Source: Paramoeba atlantica
Taxonomy: Eukaryota > Protista > Discosea
DNA length: 64,000 nucleotides
Direction: 5' to 3'
Assembly: GCA_977017575.1 (NCBI GenBank)
Contig: CDRNVI010000003.1
Location: forward strand, 744,001 to 808,000
The notes under the pieces are model-generated. The model worked only from the letters and a program-made list of their open reading frames with translations, ran no database searches and was not told the origin of the DNA. The position numbers and the translations under genes are program-made. Below, in pieces: positions 20,782 to 31,774 of this stretch. Numbering within the stretch: position 1 is the stretch's first letter; each line of letters begins with the position of its first letter.

Positions 20782-21779
20782 TGATTCGTCGGATGGGAGG
20801 GACGAAACTGGTGCTGGGCCTGAGCCATCTGCGGGCAGTCCGCACGAATGTGGCCCGGCTGGTGACACGAGAAGCAGAAAGGCCGACGACGGGAGGATCG
20901 AACTTGGGGACGACCTCGGAGTTGTTCGTCGAGAACGAGTTGCCCATAACGATCCTTCGGACCATCATCACGATGCAGTCGCTGTTGCACGCGTTCGACA
21001 GCAACACCCGCAGCGGCCCAGTAGAGATTGCGGAGTTCCTCGATTATGAGTTCTGCCACAGCAAGGTTATGTTTCTCCATCCAACCCTCCGTCAGGCGAG
21101 CAGCGTAGATCCATTCGATAAGGATCTTGAATAAACGGTCCCGCTGCGGTGGCGGGTTGAATCGAACCCCTAGCTGCGGCGCCTCCCGCAGCTCACGGAT
21201 GAGGTCTCGGGGCTTGAACAAATCCTCCGTGTCGATCCACGGTTGCCACGTAACCGGGTCGTAGGGGGAGAAGCTTTTGGGGTCTGTAATACGTACTCGT
21301 TCAAAGGACGGGATTAAAGATTCCACCGGCTGCCCTCCAGGCATCTTTGCCCGAACACGGACGACCGTCAAATCGTGATACGTAATGTCGGGATGGGGAA
21401 AGCGGTATGCCGTATTGACATCACCATCCCACTCAGCGACCAATTCTAAGGACACTGGGTCATTTGGGTGCTTCATGTAAACGTCGCCTATGACTGTCTG
21501 TCGAATGTCATCACCTGGTCGAGACCACACTGCCTCGAGTAAGGAGAGAGAGTAAGGAGAAGGGTGTACTGTGCGTCGGTTTCGGCCAGAATAGCGCAGC
21601 GAAGGAGCCGCGAAAGAGTCTACTGGCGAAGCTGGATCAGGACGAGATGGTCGCCCAGCTGGACAAGACAAGGAACGGCGTTTGTCGGGGTCCAAAGGGG
21701 AGAGAGGACGTGTTCGCTTAGGGCTGCGGTCTCGCTCATGTCCTGGGTTCGCCGGCACGCGAAGTCGCTGGGAACGCAT
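20715..21779 (-). CDS. Gag-like protein of YR-C
   Basis: MRSQRLR start; CFSCHQPGHIRADC knuckle. Confidence 0.85.
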   Translation of the reverse strand: MRSQRLRVPANPGHERDRSPKRTRPLSPLDPDKRRSLSCPAGRPSRPDPASPVDSFAAPSLRYSGRNRRTVHPSPYSLSLLEAVWSRPGDDIRQTVIGDVYMKHPNDPVSLELVAEWDGDVNTAYRFPHPDITYHDLTVVRVRAKMPGGQPVESLIPSFERVRITDPKSFSPYDPVTWQPWIDTEDLFKPRDLIRELREAPQLGVRFNPPPQRDRLFKILIEWIYAARLTEGWMEKHNLAVAELIIEELRNLYWAAAGVAVERVQQRLHRDDGPKDRYGQLVLDEQLRGRPQVRSSRRRPFCFSCHQPGHIRADCPQMAQAQHQFRPSHPTNQDFRGGVAGGAVRYAGATRGSH

Positions 21780-22335
21780 GGTAAACAAAAAACGCGTAAA
21801 GGAAAAGGATTCTACAAGTAAGTAATCAGTAAATATGTAAATTTTCAGAATACATATTGTAGCTTTTATACATGATTCAATTACAACCCCCTTTCGGGGA
21901 AAAGAACAATTAAAATTATAACCCCCTTCCGGGGCATTTGACCCGATATTAGCCCCTCGGTTAAATTTCCATGCGTAGACTTCTAGAATAGCTCAATCGT
22001 AATTCAAAATGACACAACATATCATTCATTCATTTCACACGCACAAAGATGGAAAAGAAACAAGCCTGCATAAAACAACACAATCAATGTCACTCTGTTA
22101 ACGGGGTTCCCCCCCACCGGAACCCTCGGCCAAATGGCTGGGGGCTCGGTGGGTGGGCACAAAACTTTAAACGTAACAAAATAACAACCTAACAAGAATA
22201 TAACAAACGAGTAAACACCCCCCTCCATGCAATTAGAGAATACTACATCATAATTTGAGAAAATTATGTGCCCCGAAGGGCCAGCAGGCAAATATATAGC
22301 CGCCCCTCGGCTAAATTTCAAAACGTGAACTATTA

Positions 22336-25300
22336 GGACATGAGTGACAGCGAAGTCGAGTACGAGGGCCTGACCGCGACCGAAACTTCGGATGAATACG
22401 TCCCCAGGTCTGGTGAGTGCGCCACCCGGACCTATGTTCCCCAAACTCACTTCTCTTTGAGGGGCAAGCCCGGCCTTTGAACATTCCGCAGAGAATTGGG
22501 ATACCAAGGCACTGTGCCGAGCAGTGACCCCGTGCCCGCATTTGCATGCCAGTGCGTGTTCACCCCCTGGGCCTAAGGGCTGTTTGCACTTTTCCATGGG
22601 GCAGGGACGGAGGCCCGGGTAGATGGTTTCCCCCAGCCACCAACGGATTAACATGCGAAACTCCGTGGGGGCGTACGCAAAGCCGTTCTTTTTGGACGGC
22701 AACACGAAAGCCCACTCCGACGCCCCTTCTCCCGTTTCCGAGCTCCACCGAGCCCTCGTGCTTGGATCAGCGTGGGCGAGTGCGTGTTCGAACGCGTGGG
22801 ATGAAATAGCATGGCTCAGGTCCCTTTGTCGAGGTATGACCAATTTATTGTCTATTTCTTGGATCGGATTGGTTTGAAAGGGTTGGTGCTCTGAAACGGC
22901 CGAGCTTTGTAGAATTTTGCCCGTTTCATTGTCAACGATATTCTTCCCTGCGCGTTTGTTCACGTCGATCACTGCCTCATCGAAATCTTTTGCGTCCGTT
23001 GGATCCCAAAAGTCTTTCTCCGCTGCGAAGGCGACTGAGGCCACATAAGCGGAGGCAGAATGCTCCTCAGCTGAACGGAGTCCCAAGCCACCAAACCGTT
23101 TGCCTCTCTGTGCTTGGCGCCTTGCTGCGTCGCTGAATGGCCCGAAAAAGTGTGAGGTAGCGTCTTGCACTGCGTCGTCGAGACGTCGGCAGAGATCCTG
23201 GAGCTCCGACGTTGGGGTAGTACGGAGTGAGTAGACCATCTGACAGAAGCCCGTGCAATGCCGAATAAGTGAAAGGGCTACCTGGGGGTCCTCGAGGTTG
23301 GTAATGGCTTCCAGCGAGTCCTCTGCGTGTTCAATGGCGTTGTCAAGGAGAAATTGACGGCGGAACTCGGTTGTCCCTACAGGGCTACCTAACATATGGA
23401 AATTACCCTCAGTGTTTTTATTCGATCCAGGTAGGTCGGGGAAGACAGAAGAACGATGAGACGATGCGGGGTGCGCAGCGAGTTCACATTTCGCAGCATT
23501 CAGATGTAAACCCCATCGCGGGCCGTTTAGTTCTAGCACATCAAATGCGTGTCGTACATCGCATGATGCGCCCGCCAGTATTCCGTCATCTAGATACCAT
23601 AGATTCAGGTCTAGTTTCGGTGTTGCCGCGTGGATTTCCGAAGCAAGCTCCCTCATAACCAGTGAGAAGAGGAGGGGGCCAAGGGGGTCGCCTTGTTGTA
23701 CCCCTTCAGAAGACTTTACCGTACGCGTACCGAATGTGAGTAAACTTTCTGTAGAATAACACCACTCTGCATAATGACTGAGTTCGGGAAAGTGCATGCG
23801 CGTTAAATCAGTGAACCTGTCACGGGACACCTGGTTGAAGGCATTCCGGAGGTCTATTTTGCATAGAAGGAAGTCGTCATCGTCTACGTGGGCCGCGAAT
23901 GTCTGACGGCAAAGATGGTCTAACGGCAACACGTTCCGCCCCGGCCGGTGTAGCGACCCCGTATTGGTGTCCCTTAAAAAGTTTTCGGGCTCTGGTTTTG
24001 GCAGAGAAGCAAGCAACTTTGCTGGCCAAGCGGCGAAGGGTTTCACCAGCGGCGATCGGGCGTACGTCGTGTTCCCCCTTCTTCAAGGCACACAATCGAC
24101 CTCCAGCGTAGTGGCTTTTGACTTCTAATGGTGCTTTTCCGGCTAGCATGTGATTGGTGAACTTTGTGAGTATTTCCAAAGGACCGGTCTGACCATCGTG
24201 ATGACCATGTATAGCAACTTGCACGTGTTCCGGCCCCAGACCAAAGGCACCCCCGGAGGAACCCCGATGAAAAGTCGAGAGTGCCGCCGATACTTCATCC
24301 TCCGTCACTTTAAGAGGTTCCACGTCCACTGATGGGCTGGGTGTATCTGATGCGGAGAGTCGGGGGGGATGCTTTGCCTGAAGCTTTGCGTAAGTCTCAT
24401 CATTGTCCGGAGCGAGTGGCGCAGATGTCAGTGCGGTCATGGCGCGTGAGAGCTCCCCGTCACGTACGAGTCTTTCGGCTCGTAGTGCGGATTTTTTCTC
24501 TTCTTCTTCGAGACTCTGCGCTTTCTCCACGCTTCTCTTCTTCTTGCCCGTGACGCTCTTGACAGCTTCAGCCCAGAGCGCCAGGAACTCTTTCTTGGAC
24601 CAGCGAGAAAGGCATTTCCGTACGTGGGAAGCATACGATGTTTTCGCCCGGCTACCTCCTCGATGGGGGGCAGGTATAACGCATTTGGGCAGCATAGCGA
24701 GGAGAGTCCACGCTTCAATGGTATTCTCTCGGATTACCGAATCTAGACACCCGCAAAGCGCCTTTGCCCACTCGGGTCGGCAGCTGTTGGGTATATCTTT
24801 GCAGGTGGTAATGGGCAAGGCGCATATGGAAAAGAGACTTGGAAGGGGTGTGTCACTGTTCATTATATAGGTTTCGTCGGTAGTGTTCTGGTCTGCCTGT
24901 GCGTCGGATATTTCGTTTTTCTCTAGCGGCACGTCAGCACTCGAGACAGAAGTGTCGTCACTCGGTGTGGGGTTCCGTTGAGTGTGCGTCGAGGAAGCGC
25001 GGAACGAGCAATTCTTAATATGAGCGTCCTGTTTGCTTAGATCATAATGTTTTTCACATTTTCGGCATCGAAATCTTCCTTCCCCTGTCCACCAGCTGTC
25101 CGGAGCTTCGTCTCCATGTCTGTGGGCTACGTGATTATAGTATGATTGCCATTGACCACCGTGCGGTCCCGTCGTCCAGGTACACCCCTCAATAGGACAT
25201 TTCCGGAACGTGTCACTTTGTGAAAGTGCCTTTCTGGGTGTAGCAACCACATTTCTGGCTGTATTCGGTTGGGTGTAAGCTTTTTTAAGGTCTTGATCGT

Positions 25301-25997
25301 GGCGCTTGCGCTTTCCTTCGGGGGGGACGGGGGTTTGGTCTTTCGGAGGAGAGTCTGTGACATCCCCGTCACTGCTATCACTTGTGGGAACACTACTCAC
25401 TTGAGAATACTGGGTGGTCTTAGAGCTCTTCTTCTTTTTTCGTCTTCCTGGCCGTGCGCTGATCGAAAAATCGAGGTCATTTTGAGTAAGGTCTGGAAAT
25501 ACTATGTCATTCTCGTTTTGTTGAGAGTCGTTCGGATTCGTTTTCCGGAGGACGCGTTCGCACTTCTCCTTTACAGCCTTATTTGATAACTTGGATTGGC
25601 TGAGCAAAGAAGAGTCAGAGCCTATGAATTGGAATCGAAAACCCCCGTTTTCCTCCTGAGCGCAATTTTTCTCCCCAAAGCGAGCACCTACATTTTCCTC
25701 CTGAAGGACATTGGAATGAATATCTGCCTCAGTCATTCCGTCAACGTGACCTGTGTCAGGTGTTGGGCCGGCAGGTGCGTTTGTTATGCTAAAGGCAATG
25801 TCTTCCGCTTGCTGTATCTTTTCAGGGGAAAGGTCCTGCGGTATTTCTGTGGTGTAAAGTAGTTCGTCGTAAGTACTCTTCCCGTTCGTTAGGTGTTCGT
25901 TAGCCTTAAATTGATCATACGACCCTACCTTGTGAGAGGCAGCTTCCTTCCCAAAGTTACAGTCCGTTCGTGTTTTAGAACGCGTTGACACGCCCAT
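22336..25997 (-). pseudogene. CRE-A ORF: C2H2-like fingers, RT, CCHC, start of REL endonuclease; one frameshift near 23930
   Basis: CPIEGC..HVAHRH, IDLRNAFN, GVQQGDPLGPLLF, WYLDDG, CPMEKC..HALACKC, RPGDVF..LDFAVTH. Confidence 0.88.
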
Positions 25998-26079
25998 GTA
26001 ATGGTTGAATGTAAGAAAGAAAAAATAATTCAACAAGGTACAGAAACTGTATCTTTATCGTTACTGTTATCTTTATCGT

Positions 26080-26779
26080 TTTTTTTTGTTTTTTTGGGGG
26101 GGGGGAGTAGTATTGATTCTAATGTTTATATCTACGTTTCGAACTTTCCACCACTTAAAACCTTTCACCCTACTTCCTTCCTTCCCCTACTTCCTTCCCC
26201 TCACCGCACTCACTTCCCTTCCCCCACTTACGCCCTACCGACTGACGCGTCCCTACTGACCGGCTCGCCCGCACTGTGGCCCATGTGGTCCAGGACCTCC
26301 GCTCCCACCCCGTTAGCAGTATCAGATACTTTGTGTTGCTGTACGAGGGTGGGAGACTTGAAGGAGACGAAACGCATAGCCGCCGTCACGCCGAGGGCAA
26401 AAAGCGGGAAGAGGGACATGGCGGGACGGACGCGGGGACAAGGAGAAACGGCGCCCGAGCCCATCGGTCTGGACCTCTGCCCCCACCTACAAGGGGACTA
26501 CCAGCAAGTATACAATACTTTGGGCTGCTGGCACGGGGGTGGTGGACGCAAGAGAGGAAAACAACAGAACGACAAGCGCGCTTACACGGAAGGTCGAGGT
26601 GGGGGGATACGGCGCAGGGGGATGATGGGACGAGAGAGGGAGGGGGGATGCCGACAAGAAAGTGTGTATTTGAGGGGGGTGCCCTCCCATGGTCTGGAAG
26701 ATGGTGTAGGGAAGAAAAAGGAAATAATTCAACAAGGTACAGAAACTGTATCTTTATCGTTAAAGTTATCGTTAAAGTT
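26080..26779 (-). pseudogene. Processed retrocopy of an unidentified SL-trans-spliced, polyadenylated RNA
   Basis: Full SL exon at 26730-26767 at the 5' end and an A-tract at 26079-26095 at the 3' end. No recognisable TE motif. Confidence 0.7.
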
Positions 26780-27038
26780 TTTTTTTTTTTTTTTTTGTCT
26801 TTGTCTTTTTTCTTTTTTTCTTGTCTTGCGCTTGTTAGGTATATATACGAGCTATGCTTGAAAGCTATATGAACTATGTGCTAGAACTACATTGTAAATG
26901 GAAATATTTGTGGTGCATTTGTAGGAATTTGGAGTATGCCAGACGCATACGTTTAAACTTTAATATAATAAAATAAAACATCATTTCTTCTTTCAGTTAA
27001 TGAAAATTCGTAACCAATTCGTAATCTTTACGGATTCT

Positions 27039-28316
27039 TTACGATTGCAGTGAACCCAGCCACGATGCTCGGGGTAGATAATCGCGCAGTTGCGCAACTA
27101 TTGTATATGCATTAAGCTTTTCAATCTCAAGTTGAAAAGCTTCTAGTACTTCAGGGACTTTAAGTTCGGCTTTCTTTGCTAGACAGGAAAGGAGATTTTT
27201 CGTATGGCCGGAATGGTGGAATGAACCAGATCCGCAAGTCCTTTGGTGTGACGCTTTATTTTCACCGTCAACAGTGGTACCGCACTTTCCGCAGGTGTAT
27301 GTCGCGAATTGTCTAGGTTCGAGCTCGCACGGAATGCCGGCCTTATACATAGCGTATAGAGTTGACGCACCATTCTGTTGTGTTTTGTGGTAGCGTTAAT
27401 CCCAGAACATTTAACGCATCCGGACACGTGAGCAATTGCGCTTCTGGAGGTGAGGAGAACGTGGCACGCAGGACATTTTTTTTTTTTTTGCAGGACATTG
27501 TACCTTCGATGGTAGCAACGGATGCTCTATTCCGAAACGGGGAATTATCGCCAACGTGAAAAGTCGCGAAGGAATGAATTTGGTGCAAGCGGTGAGCCAA
27601 TTGTAATTCCCTTTCGCACTAGCCACACGAATGATATCAGCCTGACCCTTGTCTTTCATCAAAGACTCGCGCACTGCATTGTGGTGGACTTCTTCCGTAA
27701 CCGCTTCATCAGTGAGAGGTCGTTGGCTGGAGAGCGAGTTTAGCGCTGGCAAATCCATTACAGTAGCGGGAGCTGAAAGATGAATTGGTCGCTCCATAGC
27801 TGCTCGTTTGGATTTGAAGAACGCTGCTTCGCGAATCGGTTCAGTTGGGGTGAACCCGAGCCCTCGTTTCTTCAGTGGTAGCCTCATCCATGATATTTGG
27901 TCTTCGTTGAGGTTCCCGAACCATGAACATAGCGTGTTTGCCACCTGGGAATCAAACTGCCGACTGAGTTCCAAAGACGCATCAGGATGATGCACGCGTA
28001 TGTCGTACCTGTGACGCATATTCACGCAGTGCGATAGTAAAACGATAGAGACGTTGCTGGCCCCCATGTGCTGTAGGCGCCGGAAAGCTGCTTGATGCTT
28101 CACAACTTTTTGGACTAATTTTTCGCTAACGCTTTCTTTCTCTCCGACGAAGGCCCCCAAAATTTTGGTAGCCCGGCTTTCGGATAAAACTCCCGCCTCC
28201 TGCAAGACGTGCGGAATGGGGATTCTTTCGATGCCTTCAAACCAGACGCATTTTGTTGGGGATAATTCCACTAGCTTAGCAGTCAATAAAACTCGAAGAC
28301 GTTTTTTTTTTTGCAC
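27039..28316 (-). pseudogene. Deleted CRE-B fragments (RT thumb to REL)
   Basis: LPLKKRGLGF, GCVKCSGINATTKHN, FQLEIEKL. Confidence 0.75.
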
Positions 28317-28379
28317 TAGACACGATCGCCAGGGTAGGCCCTCGCTGGGGCTTGCACTTGAACATGTCGAAGTGTGAAA

Positions 28380-29420
28380 TCATTACCTCCCCTGTGAAAT
28401 CCTATGACAGGAAGCCACGGGCGAAACATCACCTTCCCCCCTTCTCTCGTGAGAGAAACTACCTCCAAAAATAACTAGAACAGAACTTACAAGTAAATGA
28501 ATAAATAAATAGATAAATAGATAAATAAATACGCTAACCTGGAAATGTCTATAAGTATTTCGTATTGGCGCTACCCCCCGTTGTATGGGGGTAGTTCTAA
28601 CTAAGCTTACGCGTCTTTGTAAGCTAAATCTTATAATTCTATATATTTAATATTTGACCTACGATAGTGCTTTGCTCATTTGAGAACACAGCACAGTGCC
28701 GTTTAACTCCTGGAGGTGCATTATGAAATCTTGCACAACGATATCGCGATCACGCCCGCTAGCATCGGCCAGAGATTTCAGGAGAGCCAGGCCACTTTTG
28801 TTCATTGCTCCTCCGGCGAGTATTGATACGCATGTAAATTTTTCATGAGGTATTAGATCCGAGTTAACATACGTGTCGACTTTGCGTTTTTCGGCTTCCT
28901 GCATTAGCTGATTGCTCCGTTTACCGAGATTCGTCTTGGATATTTCATTTATGATAGTGAGGTCATAGAATATCTCACCGGACGCCCAGTAAATTGCTAA
29001 GTCTGGCCCGCTGCGATGGAATGATGCGGTTCCACACTTTTTCTGATGTTCATGTTTGCGCTGTTCATTCACCGATTCATTACATTTCAGGCATCGATAA
29101 GTGGTGAATTGTCTCGGTTCCCGCTCGCATGGGACTCCGGTCTGAAGACAGAGGTCGTAAATATGACGAACGAGAGCATGATGTCGCGTTGTCGCATTTG
29201 CGCCTGTGCATTTAACGCAACCGAGCAAGTGTGCTAGAAAGTGTTTTGATTCGAGAATCATTTTGCATCCAGGGCATATGATTTTGTCCGGCATACTCTT
29301 GTGCGCAAGACCAAAGACGGTTGTAAGCGTTGGCAATTAGTTCTGAGTCCTTTGATGCGAAGCTGATGTCGTCGATGTAGGCGTATATGCGTGTTATAGT
29401 ATTATTAGTTTGTTCAAATT
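28380..29420 (-). pseudogene. CRE-B 3' fragment, near-identical to 9915-10840, fused to a short YIDD fragment
   Basis: Direct sequence match; internal deletion junction near 29315. Confidence 0.8.
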
Positions 29421-29870
29421 GGTTTTTTTTTTCTTTTTTTTTTTTTTGCAATTAATAAGGGGGGAGAAGTATGAATCGCGGCATTGCCTCTATATTTTGA
29501 CCCAGTAGACGAACCAAGTACATAGTAGGTCCATTGGGGGGGGTATACGAGTTGAAAACAAGCAATCAAATTAGCAATTCTTTTTGTTTCCACAGATGTA
29601 CCTTTTGTTTTTTCTCAGCCCAAAACTAGCAATTTAATCTCCCCTAAGTATATACTACAAACAAGAAACAGTAAAAACTAAAACAAGCAATCCACGCCCA
29701 ATCCATTCGCGCGTTCCGGACCGGGTCTTTCGACCTCTCGACGGCCTGACTTGTGAACCCTTCCCTTGCTATATGGGAGGGCGCAGGCGCGGGCCTGTGT
29801 CGACAGCGGCACGGTCGCGAAACAGGATGCTGTTGGACGGGGAGGAGATTCACTTCCCGTGTACACTTCC
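29420..29870 (-). repeat. 5'-truncated CRE-A 3' UTR with poly(A)
   Basis: Matches 46440-46750 and ends TTATTAATTGC(A)n. Confidence 0.8.
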
Positions 29871-29879
29871 CGTTTTTTT

Positions 29880-31510
29880 TTTTTTTTTTTTTTTTCTGAT
29901 TCTCACTTCACAATGATAGTCTCCTAAATTTCCTCTCGTATACTTATAAAGAAATCAACTTAATATGCACTTGCGTACATCCCAGTCTTGCCTTGCGAAC
30001 TTCCCAGAAACTGGCGTAACTGGGCGTAGGCTTCGTTTCCATTTAAGTCTTGGAGTAATAACTTGAAGTCCATCTCCACTGTCTTCCTATCCAACATGGC
30101 TGCATCCGCAAGTGCATGTATCAGAAATCTTGTGTTCTGGTGGAGAGAACCGCAAGAAAAGATCGGAAGGCATTGAAACGCGAACTCTGGAATCATACCG
30201 GTTGTAACGTAGGTATCTTTCTTCCGTTTAATTACGTCTTGCATTAGTTTCACGCAAGTTTTAGATTGGTTCGATGGCGCAAGCTCGTGTATTATAGACA
30301 CGTCGTAGAAGATTTCTCCGGTGCTCCAGAAAATGGCCAGATCCGGCCCCGATCGGTAGAGCTGTCGACCGGTGCAACATTTTTCATGAGTCATTTTATT
30401 CTCGGGTTCGACCTTTCGGCTACACACACCACACCGCCACGTACTGAAGGCTATATGCGAAGTGCCGGGAATTCTGAAGCAACGATCTCTAAAATTGGTT
30501 GCATAAACGCGCAGAACATAATCGTGGACAACGGCGACCCCTGCCTCACCCCGGCTGAACTTTCCAAGGTGGCTCCAAGATTGTCGTTGCTCCCGTAATA
30601 AAGAAGTTCTGATGGACTGGAGTATTCGGCATTAAAGAGAAGCTGAAAGGGGCGGAGACCGTGGAATACGAACACGGCTCTTGCAATTTCATCCCTGGCT
30701 GGTGAATTGAAGGCGTTTCTGAGATCAATAGCCAGAATGGCGCATCCCTCTGTGTATTTCTCGTTAAGCTTATGCACGACATGCTCGCAGCCAGACTTTA
30801 TCATAACACCAAACTGATAAGGCGCAAAGAGCGGGACAAGCTGTTTCTCGTGCCGCTGCAGAAGGACGATTTCGGCAAGCTTCAACCAGACCTCCCCCAC
30901 AGCGATTGGACGAATTCCGTTTCCAGGTTTGGGAATCGCTACAAGTCGCGCTCTCTTCACGCGTTTCATTACTTCTTCAGACAGTGATCCATTAATCAGG
31001 TCGGTAATCATGTGACACAAACTTAACGAGCACACCTCGTCGTCTAACAGGATGCGCAAAATTGAATCCGTTGTGCCTGTTGGTCCTGGCGCCGCCCCTT
31101 TGGCCATGCGTCTTCAGGCCTCCCGAAGCTCGATAGGCGTAATACACGCTGTCATCGGAGCATCTTGCGGGAAGCGAAATGTGGTGGGGAGATCTGGATG
31201 CAAAGCACGAAGTTTTTCAATGGTTTCCGAGTCGCTGAGTGTTCGTGGTGTAATTTCCTGGTTAATAACTCGGGGCGCTTTGGAAACACACCCGTCTAAT
31301 GCCAGACTAGTTGCTTTCTTGATGGCCCGTTTGTCATCTATAAGACGTGGTCCGTTGGCGGTGGAGGTGTGTCCGTTTTGAGATTCGCCGTCTTGCAATG
31401 ACGAAAAATCGCGCGGGCGACGTCGACGTCGTTTCGCCGTTGCCTTCCGAATTGTGGCAAGAGAATGTTTCATGGCTGATAACGTTCGATGCCATATGCG
31501 AGGGCTAAAG
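29880..31510 (-). pseudogene. CRE-B fragments (pre-RT, RT, REL) with poly(A)
   Basis: GAAPGPTG, GVRQGSPLS, GPDLAIFW; A-tract near 29873-29896. Confidence 0.78.
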
Positions 31511-31514
31511 TGAT

Positions 31515-31770
31515 TTTTTTTTTTTGCAGTTAATAAGGGGGGAGAAGTATGAATCGCGGCATTGCCTCTATATTTTGACCCAGTAGACGAACCAAGTACA
31601 TAGTAGGTCCATTGGGGCGGTATATGAATTTAAAACAAGCAATCAAATTAGCAATTCTTTCTATTTCCACAGAAGTATATTTTCTTTTTCTCAGCCCAAA
31701 ACTAGCAATTCAATCTCCCCTAAGTATATACGACAAACAAGACACAGTAAAAATTAAAACAAGCAATCCA
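31515..31770 (-). repeat. 5'-truncated CRE-A 3' end with poly(A)
   Basis: Matches 29450-29700. Confidence 0.75.
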
Positions 31771-31774
31771 GGTT

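Larger units (their letters stand above)
17159..21985 (-). mobile_element. Complete YR retrotransposon YR-C (4827 bp) with split direct repeats
   Basis: A1 21785-21985 matches A2 17412-17612; B1 17613-17841 matches B2 17159-17387. All three ORFs are open. Confidence 0.95.
17090..22335 (-). mobile_element. Solo A-spacer-B remnant of the YR-A family (419 bp: 21986-22335 plus 17090-17158), hosting YR-C
   Basis: The A part matches 2714-2891; the CCCACCCACC spacer motif is present; it ends in GGATTTC like YR-C. Confidence 0.8.
16262..26080 (-). mobile_element. Full-length SL-capped CRE-like non-LTR retrotransposon (CRE-A) carrying nested YR insertions
   Basis: SL exon 26031-26062, ATG at 25997, ORF pieces 25997-23930, 23930-22336 and 17089-16716, structured 3' UTR, poly(A) near 16262-16281. 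Removing 17090-22335 restores DFAVTHV|QQQKY. Confidence 0.88.
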
